Positions 46,346 through 57,230 of a DNA stretch of 64,000 nt are shown piece after piece (positions within the stretch are counted from its first letter, which is position 1; each line of letters opens with the position of its first letter). Below the pieces are notes generated by a model. That model was not told where the DNA came from, searched no databases, and worked only from the letters and a program-made list of their open reading frames with translations. The translations under genes were made by a program, and so were the position numbers. Origin of the DNA: Planctomycetota bacterium (lineage in GTDB: Bacteria > Planctomycetota > PLA2 > JAEUHO01); contig CBDCWP010000011.1 of NCBI GenBank assembly GCA_965223505.1, forward strand, positions 1-64,000, in the 5' to 3' direction.

Positions 46346-47200
46346 CTAGTACTTGATCCGCGACATGCGCGCGATCCAGGCCGCGCCCAGCGCCTGAAGA
46401 AACACGGCGGCCGCGGCGAACTTCTCGCCGATGCCGGTGGCCAGGAAGCCTTCCACACGCGTCGGGTCCATGTTCCACATGAGCGCCGCGAGGAAGTACG
46501 TCAGGCCGAGAATCGCGAGCACCGAGAACCGCGCCTCGGTCGTCTGCGCGCGTACGCGTCGTCCGAGCTCGACGCGATCACGGATGAAGCGGCCGGTCGT
46601 CGCGAGTGTCGGGGCGAGGTTGCCGCCGCCCTCCCACTGCACGCCGAGCGCGTAGTAGAAGAGACGGAACGACTCGAGCTGCAGGATCTCCGCCATCTCG
46701 CGGCAGACCGCGCCCGGGTCGTCACCGAGCCGCAGGCGCAGGACGAACTGCGTCAGGTGCGGCTTGAGCGGCCGCTTCGCGTCCGCCTCCGCCGACCCGA
46801 GCGCATCGACGACGCCGATGCCCGCGTGCAGCGACGTGACCATGTGGTCGATTGCCTCCGCGAGCTGGGCTTCGACGAGCACCGTCCGGCGTCCGATCAG
46901 CGTGTTGCCGATGATCAGGCCGACGACCCAGAACAGGAATCCAACGGCCGCGGCGAACGGCACGCCCATGGGCAGGAAGATCATGGACAACACGAACGCG
47001 GTGATGCCCAGGATCCACGGCAGCGCGATCTCGATCGGATGCGCGAGCTGCGGCACGTGGACGCGGCGCACCTCTGTCTGCTCCGCCAGCTCGGGGATGC
47101 GGCTCACCGCAAGTTGGTGGTGCATCCACCGGCGGAACCACCAGTAGAGCCCTCCGATCACTATGACGAGGATCAAGCCCCCGTAGAAAAGCTCAGGCAC
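46346..47200 (-). CDS. tadB: Tad platform protein TadB
   Basis: QLAEAID...SLHAG, QWEGGGNLA, RAQTTEARFS; position after the ATPase. Confidence 0.88.
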   Translation of the reverse strand: MPELFYGGLILVIVIGGLYWWFRRWMHHQLAVSRIPELAEQTEVRRVHVPQLAHPIEIALPWILGITAFVLSMIFLPMGVPFAAAVGFLFWVVGLIIGNTLIGRRTVLVEAQLAEAIDHMVTSLHAGIGVVDALGSAEADAKRPLKPHLTQFVLRLRLGDDPGAVCREMAEILQLESFRLFYYALGVQWEGGGNLAPTLATTGRFIRDRVELGRRVRAQTTEARFSVLAILGLTYFLAALMWNMDPTRVEGFLATGIGEKFAAAAVFLQALGAAWIARMSRIKY

Positions 47201-48605
47201 GCTGGCTGCTCGCTTCGAACATGCTCGGCGGGATCGATTCGCCGCGCGAGCGGAGGTATTCGGCCATCTTCGGCATGATGCCGGTGGGGGTGAAGGCCCC
47301 TTGCACGCGGCGACCGTCGCGGCCCTGTCGCTTGAACTGGAAGATGTTGTTGAGCAGGGGCGTGAGGCCCTCGAGGCCGGCGATCTCGGACACCGCTTCG
47401 ACGCGGCGAATGCCGTCCTCGTACCGTCGCACGTGTACGACGAGGTGGATCGCGCTCACGACCTGTTCGCGGATGGCCCGGGAGGGCAGCTCGACGCCCG
47501 ACATCAGCACCATGGTCTCCAGGCGCGCGAGAGCATCACGGGGTGAGTTCGCGTGCACCGTGCAGATGCTGCCGTCGTGGCCCGTGTTCATGGCCTGCAG
47601 CATGTCCAACGCCTCGCCGCCGCGCACCTCGCCGACGATGATGCGATCGGGGCGCATGCGCAGGGCGTTGATCACGAGGTCGCGCGACGAGATCGCGCCC
47701 GTTCCCTCCGTGTTCGGGGGGCGGTTCTCCAGTCGCACGAGGTGTTCCTGGTCGAGCATGAGCTCGGCCGTGTCCTCGATGGTCACGATGCGCTCGTCGG
47801 CGGGAATCGCCTCGGCCAGTGCGCCGAGAAGCGTCGACTTACCAGCGCCCGTTCCGCCGGAGATGAGCATGTTCTGCCGTCCCCGAACGCATGCCGCGAG
47901 GAACGCGAGCATGTTCGGCGACATCTCGCCCATCTCAACCAGCTCGCTGCTGCGCAGCCGGCGGCGGCCGAAACGACGAATGGAGATCGTCGGTCCGTCG
48001 ATGGAGACGGGCGGGATCGTGGCGTTGACGCGGCTGCCGTCCGGGAGGCGCGCGTCGAGCATCGGCTGCGAAACGTCGATCCGACGCCCGATCCAGGCCG
48101 CGATGCGTTCGATGACGCGATGGACGTGATCGTCGTCCTGAAAACGCGTGTCCGTCTGCTCCAGACGTCCGAAGCGCTCGACGTAGACCTTGCGGGGGCC
48201 CACGACGAGGATGTCCGTCACGGCGGGATCCGCCATGAGCGGCGCCAACGGCCCGACGCCGAGCGTCTCGTCCCGGAGGTCGTCCGCGAGACGCGCGCGC
48301 TCGCGGTCGTTGAGCGCGATGTCCTCCTCGTTCAGGACGCGATCGACGAACTCCCGGACGACACGCGCCACGCCCTCTTCGTCCTCCGCCATGAGGCGGC
48401 GATCGCCGATGTCGTCGAGCAATCGCGAGAGCAGGTTGGCCTTGACGCTGACGTAGTCGGCGCGTCCTTGGTGCAGGTCCGCCCGATGGGGCGCGCCGCC
48501 GCTCCGCCGTCGTACGCGGGATGTGGGGTCCTGGGAGACGGATCCCGTCGACGCGAGGCGTCGGCGCAGATCGTCACCGGCGGACTTTTTCGCCTTCTCC
48601 GCCAT
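47193..48605 (-). CDS. tadA: Tad pilus assembly ATPase TadA/CpaF
   Basis: GGTGAGKST, TIEDTAEL, NALRMRPDRIIVGEVRG, MNTGHDG, TVHAN. Confidence 0.95.
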   Translation of the reverse strand: MAEKAKKSAGDDLRRRLASTGSVSQDPTSRVRRRSGGAPHRADLHQGRADYVSVKANLLSRLLDDIGDRRLMAEDEEGVARVVREFVDRVLNEEDIALNDRERARLADDLRDETLGVGPLAPLMADPAVTDILVVGPRKVYVERFGRLEQTDTRFQDDDHVHRVIERIAAWIGRRIDVSQPMLDARLPDGSRVNATIPPVSIDGPTISIRRFGRRRLRSSELVEMGEMSPNMLAFLAACVRGRQNMLISGGTGAGKSTLLGALAEAIPADERIVTIEDTAELMLDQEHLVRLENRPPNTEGTGAISSRDLVINALRMRPDRIIVGEVRGGEALDMLQAMNTGHDGSICTVHANSPRDALARLETMVLMSGVELPSRAIREQVVSAIHLVVHVRRYEDGIRRVEAVSEIAGLEGLTPLLNNIFQFKRQGRDGRRVQGAFTPTGIMPKMAEYLRSRGESIPPSMFEASSQRA

Positions 48606-49862
48606 CTAGACCTCCTCCGTCGCCCGCTCCACCATGACGCCCGACTCGGTCAAGCCCGGTTCGGATGTGAGCACGTCCGTGCCGCCGTGCGGCGCCGGCA
48701 GCCCATACGCCTCGATGTCGTCGACGATGCCGCGGATCGACTTGCGGAATCCCGAAAAGCGCCAGGCGTGCAGGACCTGGGGACGGCCCATGTTCACCGA
48801 CATCGGGATGCGCTTGTCGTACGTGACCTCGTGGCGAACGCCGACGCCGAGATGCGCTTCGACGTCCGGCACCTTCAGCTCGCCGGCGAACGAGGGCTGA
48901 GAGTGGTTGAGGACGACCCAGACGCGCTCGGAGTCCAGTCCGAGCTCGTTCAGCGTCTCCAGGAGGCTGGCGGTTCCGTTCAGGACGGGAACGATGACCT
49001 GCGTGACGACGCAGACCATGTTGCTCAAGTCCAGGACGCTCATCACGACGGCGTCCACGACTGGGAACGTGTCCACGACGACGTACTTGTAGACACGTCG
49101 CGCCAGCGCGATCACGCGCGACACGACGCGGTCGTCGACCTGTGCCGCGCGAATCACCGTGGGGGGAGCGGGCAGGACTCGCAGGCCCGAGCTGTGCGGA
49201 ATCGCGAGCTTCTGTAGGAGCGTCGTGTCGAGCCGGTCGATCTGCTCGGCCGCGTCGGAGATCGACTGCGTCGCATCCAGGTCCAGCATGGATGCGCACA
49301 CACCGAGCTGCAGGGAGAGGTCGAGCAGGATCACCTCGCCCGGGTGCCGGCGCGCCAGCTCGCACGCGACGTTGGTGGACACGGCGGACTTGCCGACGCC
49401 GCCCTTGTTGCTCACGAACGAGATCACGCGGCCCATCGGCCCGCCGCGCACCTGCGATTCCGTCCGGTTCATGCGGTCGATGATGGCCAACAGCTCGCCC
49501 GTCGAGATAGGCCGCCGCAGGAAGTCCGTCACGCGCGATCGCAACGCTTCGATGATGAGGTTGCTCTCGAGCTCGGGATCCGCGAAGGCCTGCCGCCGGT
49601 ACACGGCGATCACAGCGGCGTCGGGCGCCGCCACGAGGACCTCCTCCGCGAAGTTGCGAATTTCCGAGACTTCACGATTCATCTCGACGAGGACGAAGTC
49701 GGGCTGCCGCATGCGCGCGGTCTCGATGCCTTTTTGCTGGTCACGAACGTAGTCCGCGACGCATCGAATGCCCTTCAACCCTTCGAGCGCAATGTCGAAC
49801 TCTTCTTCGAGGGACTCGTCGCGTGCGACGACAAGAAAGCGTACTGCGGTGTCTCTACTCAC
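48606..49862 (-). CDS. cpaE: TadZ/CpaE (receiver-like domain plus MinD/ParA-type ATPase)
   Basis: N-terminal REC-like domain; KGGVGKS deviant Walker A; VVVDT. Confidence 0.88.
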   Translation of the reverse strand: MSRDTAVRFLVVARDESLEEEFDIALEGLKGIRCVADYVRDQQKGIETARMRQPDFVLVEMNREVSEIRNFAEEVLVAAPDAAVIAVYRRQAFADPELESNLIIEALRSRVTDFLRRPISTGELLAIIDRMNRTESQVRGGPMGRVISFVSNKGGVGKSAVSTNVACELARRHPGEVILLDLSLQLGVCASMLDLDATQSISDAAEQIDRLDTTLLQKLAIPHSSGLRVLPAPPTVIRAAQVDDRVVSRVIALARRVYKYVVVDTFPVVDAVVMSVLDLSNMVCVVTQVIVPVLNGTASLLETLNELGLDSERVWVVLNHSQPSFAGELKVPDVEAHLGVGVRHEVTYDKRIPMSVNMGRPQVLHAWRFSGFRKSIRGIVDDIEAYGLPAPHGGTDVLTSEPGLTESGVMVERATEEV

Positions 49863-49887
49863 GGTGCTTCACCTGCTCTTTGGAGAT

Positions 49888-51378
<1,491 letters not shown>

Positions 51379-51405
51379 GTCGCCCTCCGACGGTCGCGGC
51401 TTCCC

Positions 51406-52494
51406 TTAGCCGTCCTCTCCCTCTCCCTCGTCCTTCTTCTCGTCCTCGCCCTTGCCGACGGGGACGGCCATCAGGCGCTTCTTGCCGCCCGAGATGACCT
51501 CGATGAGCTTGACCTTGCCGGGCCCCGTCTCGCCGTTCGCGGGAATCTCCTCCGAGATGTCGATCTCGAGGTTCGGGATCTCGCCGTGGTCGGGCTCGGC
51601 GCCGTCCTCGGGCACCTGGCCCGAGCGCATCGCGACCTGCAGGTTCGCCTCGATCGCGCGCGCCTGGTTCAGCGCGGCTACCTCGTGCGGGTCGACGGCG
51701 ATCACCATCTCCTCGATTGGCTTCGCAGTCAGGCTCGATCCGCGCAGCAGGCTGGCCTTCTGGCCGATCTCCGTGCGTTGGCGCACGGGCTGGACGACGA
51801 TGCCGTCCTGCACCACGACGCGCACTTCGGCGCGCCGGCGCTTGACCCGCGGCGCCTCCACGGGCGCGCGCAGCTCGGTGTCCGCCAGCGGTGCATACGG
51901 TCCGTCGACCTCGAGCTCGGACGTGCGCCCCTTCGCGGACTTCGGCTCTTCGATCTCGACCTCGACGGTCATCACGATGTCGAACCGGTCACCCTGGTTC
52001 AGTCCGTGCAGGCCCGGCACCTCGGCAGCGCGCAGCCGCATGGCCCGCTTGCCGGGCGGGATGCCGGCCGTAGGACCGGGGCGGGTGCCCTTGGGATAGA
52101 ACTCCGACTCCATGAAGATCTGGCCGGCTTCCTTGTCCCAGCGCATCACGCGCCCGAGGATGTCGCGCGCGCCCTTGGCGGCGCCTTCCGGCACGTCTTC
52201 GGGACGCATCCACACGACCGCGATCTGCATCGTCCGCGGGTTGAGGATGTGACCGCGCACGACGCGTTCGTAGGCCTTGACGGGCCGCACGGCCAGCGGC
52301 ACCGGGATCTTCCCGCGCGTGTCGAGCTTCGGCGGACCGTCATCCTCGCCGCCCGCCAGGAAGGGCAGGTTGATGGCACCCGTGGAGTGCAAGAGAAGCG
52401 CACCTCCGACGAGACCGAGGCAGATGATGCCTACGGCGATGAGGGTCGGCCCCATGACACTGCGACGGTGAGTCACGTATTGACGCTGATTCAT
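51406..52494 (-). CDS. cpaB: RcpC/CpaB-like pilus assembly protein (SAF domain)
   Basis: TM, SAF-like domain, IPPGKRAM, GLNQGDRFDIV. Confidence 0.78.
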   Translation of the reverse strand: MNQRQYVTHRRSVMGPTLIAVGIICLGLVGGALLLHSTGAINLPFLAGGEDDGPPKLDTRGKIPVPLAVRPVKAYERVVRGHILNPRTMQIAVVWMRPEDVPEGAAKGARDILGRVMRWDKEAGQIFMESEFYPKGTRPGPTAGIPPGKRAMRLRAAEVPGLHGLNQGDRFDIVMTVEVEIEEPKSAKGRTSELEVDGPYAPLADTELRAPVEAPRVKRRRAEVRVVVQDGIVVQPVRQRTEIGQKASLLRGSSLTAKPIEEMVIAVDPHEVAALNQARAIEANLQVAMRSGQVPEDGAEPDHGEIPNLEIDISEEIPANGETGPGKVKLIEVISGGKKRLMAVPVGKGEDEKKDEGEGEDG

Positions 52495-52532
52495 TACTTA
52501 GCCTCCCAAGACGCCGGCTACCCGGCGCCCCT

Positions 52533-53432
52533 TCACTCGAAGACCTCCCTGCGGAAGATCATCTGCGCCGTCAAAAGCCGTCGAAACGGTCGAACGGTGT
52601 CGCCGGCAACGTACATCCGCCCCAATCCGTACTTGCCCGCATAGGGACCGGCCAACCCGCTGTCGGGGACGAAACCGTCGCCCGGTGCGGCGTTCAGTTC
52701 CGTTACCGAGCCGTCGATCGCTTGAATGCGGTTCGAGAGGTTCGGCGGACGGGGGGCGCCCGGCGGCAAGCCGGACGACTGGTAGGCGGACATCATTGCG
52801 GCCTGGTACGGATAGTTGATGCGGATCGCGACGAGGCCGCGCTCGGGCATGGCCGCCGGAGTGGTCATGCTGAACGGGCTTGCCGCGGGAAAGTTGGGGT
52901 TCTTGATCTCTTCGATGACCGGCACCCAGCGGATCGTCTCGACGCCTTGCGCGTCACGACCCTCGACATAGGGGATGCCGACCGTCAAGCCACTGGGTGT
53001 CGACGCGTCGGTCAGGAGCGCGCCCGGATAGCGCAGCAGGCGCCGTCCGTTGCTGCTGTCGAAAATCATCAGCGGACGAAGCATCTTGTTCAGCACCGGC
53101 AGTTGGTCGTTGAACTGCTGCAGCGTGAGGCCGCCGGGAATGTTGTCGAGATCGATGACCAGGTGATCGGGGTCGTAGACCCGCGCGCGCACCTTGGGAT
53201 CGGCCAGCGCCTGCTCGAACGTCATGTCGGGCGGCAGGGGGATCACCGCGATCTCGCGTGCGCTCGCCCGCGCCGCGTCCTGCACGGCCTGGGCGGTGAA
53301 GAACAGACGGCCGAAGTCGACCGTCACCGCGATGATCAGGTACATCAGGAGTGCAATGAAGCCGAACTCGACGAGCACCGCACCGCGCTCGCGAATCGAG
53401 CGGTGGGGGGTGGCGGGCTTTGCAGGTGCCAT
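52533..53432 (-). CDS. tadE: TadE-like pseudopilin with large C-terminal domain
   Basis: ATG 53432; RERG/AVLVEF prepilin site, DFG...AARASAR. Confidence 0.82.
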   Translation of the reverse strand: MAPAKPATPHRSIRERGAVLVEFGFIALLMYLIIAVTVDFGRLFFTAQAVQDAARASAREIAVIPLPPDMTFEQALADPKVRARVYDPDHLVIDLDNIPGGLTLQQFNDQLPVLNKMLRPLMIFDSSNGRRLLRYPGALLTDASTPSGLTVGIPYVEGRDAQGVETIRWVPVIEEIKNPNFPAASPFSMTTPAAMPERGLVAIRINYPYQAAMMSAYQSSGLPPGAPRPPNLSNRIQAIDGSVTELNAAPGDGFVPDSGLAGPYAGKYGLGRMYVAGDTVRPFRRLLTAQMIFRREVFE

Positions 53433-53467
53433 GGCGCCTCCGAATCTGCCGGCCCTGTCACCTACCT

Positions 53468-53884
53468 TCACACAAGGATAGCCAAAAGGTACCCGATAGC
53501 GACGGCAGGCCCGTATGCGATCTCTGTCTGTTTCGGTCGCCGTAGCAGGGTCCATACGGCGATCACGCCGCCGATCGCCGCCATCCAAGGCAGCGTGGCG
53601 AGTAGCCCGACCGGCCCGAGGACCGCTCCCAGGCCGGCGAGCAGCTTGCCGTCGCCTCCGCCCATCCAGCCCATGCTGAACATGGCGAAGCCGATGGCCA
53701 GTCCGAGGCCGAGTCCCAGCATCGCGCTCACCCACTCGGGTTCCTGGAATCCCACGACCCGTGAAACCACGGCCCAGAGGATCAGGAGGAGGGGGAATGC
53801 GTCCGGGATTCGACGCAAGACCACGTCGATGCCCGCCGCGATGGCGAGCAGGACGGCCGGGACCCAGAGTGCGACCGGTATCAC
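53468..53884 (-). CDS. cpaA: prepilin peptidase A24 (TadV/CpaA)
   Basis: IDVVLRRIPD, MGGGDGKL, IAYGPAV. Confidence 0.88.
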   Translation of the reverse strand: MIPVALWVPAVLLAIAAGIDVVLRRIPDAFPLLLILWAVVSRVVGFQEPEWVSAMLGLGLGLAIGFAMFSMGWMGGGDGKLLAGLGAVLGPVGLLATLPWMAAIGGVIAVWTLLRRPKQTEIAYGPAVAIGYLLAILV

Positions 53885-53913
53885 CCGTCCGCGTCTCCGA
53901 ATCGCTCCGCATA

Positions 53914-53983
53914 CAGACCGACACCTCCCCGCGTCGAGACACGAGGAGGTGCCGGCTGAGCGGTAAGGCTCGATTGCCTACCG
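53914..53983 (-). terminator. tandem RNA hairpins 3' of flp (terminator or stabiliser)
   Basis: Minus-strand stem CCGGCACCTCCTCGTGT-CTCG-ACGCGGGGAGGTGTCGG (53918-53955) and CGGTAGGC...GCCTTACCG (53961-53983). Confidence 0.65.
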
Positions 53984-54000
53984 ACCGTCACGCCCAGCGA

Positions 54001-54351
54001 CTACGGGGTCGTCGGGACGACGAGCGTCGGAAGCTGTGTCGGGTCGTAGCCCAGGTTGTTACCGAGACGCTCGGTACCGCTGTTGTTGACGATCTGCTCG
54101 ACGTCGACGGCGGTGGCGCCGTTGACGAGATCGTTCTGCGTCTCGACGAGGCGGCCGGAGCTGATCTCGTCGTTGTCGTCGGCTGCAACGCCCGGGATGA
54201 TCGCGGCCGAGGTTCCGATCAGGTCACTGGTCTTGTGTCCAAGAATCGAAACGGCGGCGATGCCCACGATGGCGATGCCGGCGACGAGCAGGGCGTACTC
54301 GACCAGAGCGGCGCCCTTCTTGTTGCGAAGGAAATTACGAATGCGATTCAT
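54001..54351 (-). CDS. flp: Flp family type IVb major pilin with C-terminal extension
   Basis: KKG/AALVEYALL Flp motif; SD GGAGG; 116 aa. Confidence 0.92.
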   Translation of the reverse strand: MNRIRNFLRNKKGAALVEYALLVAGIAIVGIAAVSILGHKTSDLIGTSAAIIPGVAADDNDEISSGRLVETQNDLVNGATAVDVEQIVNNSGTERLGNNLGYDPTQLPTLVVPTTP

Positions 54352-54610
54352 CTAACTGGCCTCCAGGGGCTATCTGAGAAACTTGGGGGGGCAGGAAGTA
54401 TGGCACAAAGGCCATTCTCGGCAACCCACTAGGATCCCCACGTCCATGTTTCTCGACGTTGGGTGGCGTCGGCCTCGGCAAGCCCGCCAATCAGGCCGCG
54501 GAGACCAAATGCAGGTCCTCGCCGGCTCAAATGGGACTTACAGGGCACGACGCATCGGCCAAGTCGGCCAATCCCGTCGGTGGCAGGGGGTGGGGGGGGT
54601 GCCGGGTCCC

Positions 54611-56521
54611 TTATCGGCCGCCGCAGGGGTTCGGCAGTAGCTCTTCTAGGGTCGGGAATGCCCACATCCGAGCGCGGTTGGTCGGCTTGCGGACGACGAC
54701 GGGGTGAACCAGCACGACAAGCTGGAATTCATCGCCCTGGCGCTCGTATCCGCTGAAGAGCCCGCCCACGACCGGCGTGTCCGACAGGCCCGGCGTGGAG
54801 GAGTCCGTTGAGGTGATGTTTCGTGTGATCAGGCCGCCCACGAGCAGCGCCTGGCCGTCGTTCAGCTTCGCCGTCGTCTGCAGCGAACGCGTACGGAACG
54901 CGACGGTCTGCTGCGCCTGGCCGGTGCTCTGGCGGATGCCCGCCGTCAGTTGGGCGTCCGGGAGGCTGATCTGCGGGGCCAGGTCCAGCGTCACCGAGCC
55001 CGTCTCGTCCACGAGAGGCCGGACCGTGAGCTGAACGCCGAACGGCCGGAACACGACCGAGTTGAAGACCCCGCCGGTCGCAACGTTCGCGGCGCTGGCG
55101 AACGACTGCGGGACCGGGATCTCTCCACCCACCTGGAAGAACGCCTGTTCACCGGAGAGCACGGTCAGCGACGGGCGCGACAGGGAGCGCGAGAATCCGC
55201 GCTGCTCGAGCATGCTCAGCAGCGAGTCGAGGGCGAAGTAGTCGGTGCTCACCTGGAACTGGTTGGAGAGGGTGCCCGACAGGAAGCTCAGGACGTTCTG
55301 GACGTCGGGGTTCGGCGGCGGGCCGCCGACGCGCCGGGCCGAGGGGCCCTGCAGGGCCGTCGCCGCGTTCGCCGGGTTGAGCCCGCCGACGGCTTCGTCG
55401 GCGCCGATGATGCCGAGCTCCGAGTTGTGGGAGCGCAGGCGGGTCGTGTTGACCTCGTAGAGGCGGATCGCGACCCGCACCTGCGGCAGGTCCGTGACCT
55501 GGATGAACGAGAGGATCCGGCCCTGCGCGGCCTCGATCACCTTGGCGCGGCCCACGTTCGACTCGACGAGGTTGCGAAGCGCGCGGCTGGACGAGCCGCC
55601 GCCGCCGAACAGCTGCGAGATCTGGCCGCCCGAGATCACCGAGCGCGAGCCGGCCGTGCCGCCGGTGCCCGTGTCGGTGAGCGCGCCGGACTCGTCCGCG
55701 CGCACGCGAATATCGTCGCCGCGTCCCGCACCCAGCATGCTCTGGGCGAGGCTGAGGATGCGAATCAGCTCGGTCTGCGTGCCGACCTCGCCCCGGAGGA
55801 CGAACACGTCCTCTTCGTCGTTGGCGAGCCGGCCGCGGACCATGCGGGTCACGGTGACCTTGCCGTTGCCCATGCGCTGGATGACGTCCTGGATGCGGTC
55901 CTCGAGCCGGCCCGGAAGGGACTCGACGCGAATGAGGTTGATGACGGCGGCGGATGCCTGCACGGCATCCGTGTCCTCGACGGCCGTCGGCGGCGCCTGT
56001 GCGGTCGGGTCGTCCGGCTCGGTCCCGGGCGCCCGGACGGCGGAGCGCGCCGCACGGCGGCCGCCGCGGCGGGCGTCGAGGTAGCGCTGCGCCATCTCTT
56101 CCGCGGCGTTGGCGTAGGAGACCTCCGGGACGACGCCGCGGAGCACGACGGCGTCACGGTCGGGGGCGGAGCGCACCACGATCGAGGGGTGGACCTCCCG
56201 CAGGGCTTCCTCGAGGAGGGAGAGGTCGCGACGGACGTGGAAGAGATACGACTGCGTCGAGCCGTCCGTGAACCACACCATGACGGTCGTGCGACCGAGC
56301 GAGCGGCCCAGCACCAGGCCCTCGCGGGCGCTCAGGAGCTGGAAGGTGACGATCTCCTCCTCGGCCACCGCGGTGCGCTCGACGTCCTTCTCGAAGCCCA
56401 GCCGGACGTGGGTCGCGATGAGAAGGTCCTGCGACGGCGGATCCTCGGCTAGCGCGGCCGGAAGGCCCGCCATCGCGAAGAGTCCGAGAACCAAGAGCCA
56501 GTGGAATCGCATCAGCCGCAT
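54611..56521 (-). CDS. rcpA: RcpA/CpaC secretin
   Basis: ATG 56521 after AAGGAG; signal peptide; GRTTVMVW N-domain; PSLTVLSGEQAFFQVGGEIPVP, FGVQLTVRP, LNDGQALLVGGL, PGLSDTPVVGGLF. Confidence 0.92.
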   Translation of the reverse strand: MRLMRFHWLLVLGLFAMAGLPAALAEDPPSQDLLIATHVRLGFEKDVERTAVAEEEIVTFQLLSAREGLVLGRSLGRTTVMVWFTDGSTQSYLFHVRRDLSLLEEALREVHPSIVVRSAPDRDAVVLRGVVPEVSYANAAEEMAQRYLDARRGGRRAARSAVRAPGTEPDDPTAQAPPTAVEDTDAVQASAAVINLIRVESLPGRLEDRIQDVIQRMGNGKVTVTRMVRGRLANDEEDVFVLRGEVGTQTELIRILSLAQSMLGAGRGDDIRVRADESGALTDTGTGGTAGSRSVISGGQISQLFGGGGSSSRALRNLVESNVGRAKVIEAAQGRILSFIQVTDLPQVRVAIRLYEVNTTRLRSHNSELGIIGADEAVGGLNPANAATALQGPSARRVGGPPPNPDVQNVLSFLSGTLSNQFQVSTDYFALDSLLSMLEQRGFSRSLSRPSLTVLSGEQAFFQVGGEIPVPQSFASAANVATGGVFNSVVFRPFGVQLTVRPLVDETGSVTLDLAPQISLPDAQLTAGIRQSTGQAQQTVAFRTRSLQTTAKLNDGQALLVGGLITRNITSTDSSTPGLSDTPVVGGLFSGYERQGDEFQLVVLVHPVVVRKPTNRARMWAFPTLEELLPNPCGGR

Positions 56522-56687
56522 GGCAGTCTCCTTGCGTACCCGTGCCACGAACGGGCCGCGGGCGGAAGAGTATCCCTGGATGGTCACCGCTTCGTCGCGT
56601 GTCAGGCAGAATTCGCCCTGGGCGCAAGCATCTGGCGGGCGCGGCGGATCCGCGCTACCGTGGACGTGACCTGGGAGGAGCCCACAC

Positions 56688-56894
56688 ATGCGTCTTGCAC
56701 GTGTCCTATTCATCGTCGTCCTCTGCGCCGTCGGCGTAGGGCTGCTTTCCGGCTGTTGCGGCCGCACCTCGATGGCCGGCTGCCGGGCGCCGAGCCCCTG
56801 CTGCTTCGACCCCTGCCGTTGGTGGGAAGCCTGCCCGACGGACGACTGCGCGCCCATCGGCGACCCCTGCGACTGCTGCGACTCGGCCGGCTAG
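56688..56894 (+). CDS. small cysteine-rich lipoprotein
   Basis: SD GGAGGAG; signal peptide with lipobox LSGC; 10 further Cys in 45 residues. Confidence 0.75.
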   Translation: MRLARVLFIVVLCAVGVGLLSGCCGRTSMAGCRAPSPCCFDPCRWWEACPTDDCAPIGDPCDCCDSAG

Positions 56895-57230
56895 ACACCG
56901 GCTCGAGCCCGCGCCTGCTCACGACTCATGAATCCGCGGGTGGAGGGTCCGTCCGCGGCCCGGCCGACGTCCGATAGGGGCTCGCTGGGGGGGCCGGCCA
57001 TGGAGACAGCCATGGACAGCCCGAATCGAAGCCGCCTGCGGATCACACCCGGCGACCAGACGCGCCACGAATCCGCCTCGCGCCTGGAGCGCGCGCGCTG
57101 CTCGAGCAGCGCCTCCAGAAAGGCATTATCGCGGTCTCTGCAGCGAAGGGTTCAGGTTGAGTGCCGATTGTGTCGATGAGGGTTCGGCGGCATTGGATCC
57201 CCGGGGTGTGGGGACGCGGCGGAGCACTGC

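Noticed and set aside
54352..54610. c-di-GMP riboswitch or sigma-54 promoter upstream of flp
   Set aside because: No GEMM-type motif on the coding strand; TGGCAC is on the opposite strand and lacks a correctly spaced TTGC
56928..57179. 83-aa ORF between the Cys-rich lipoprotein and the FG-GAP gene
   Set aside because: No recognisable motif and atypical composition; probably intergenic
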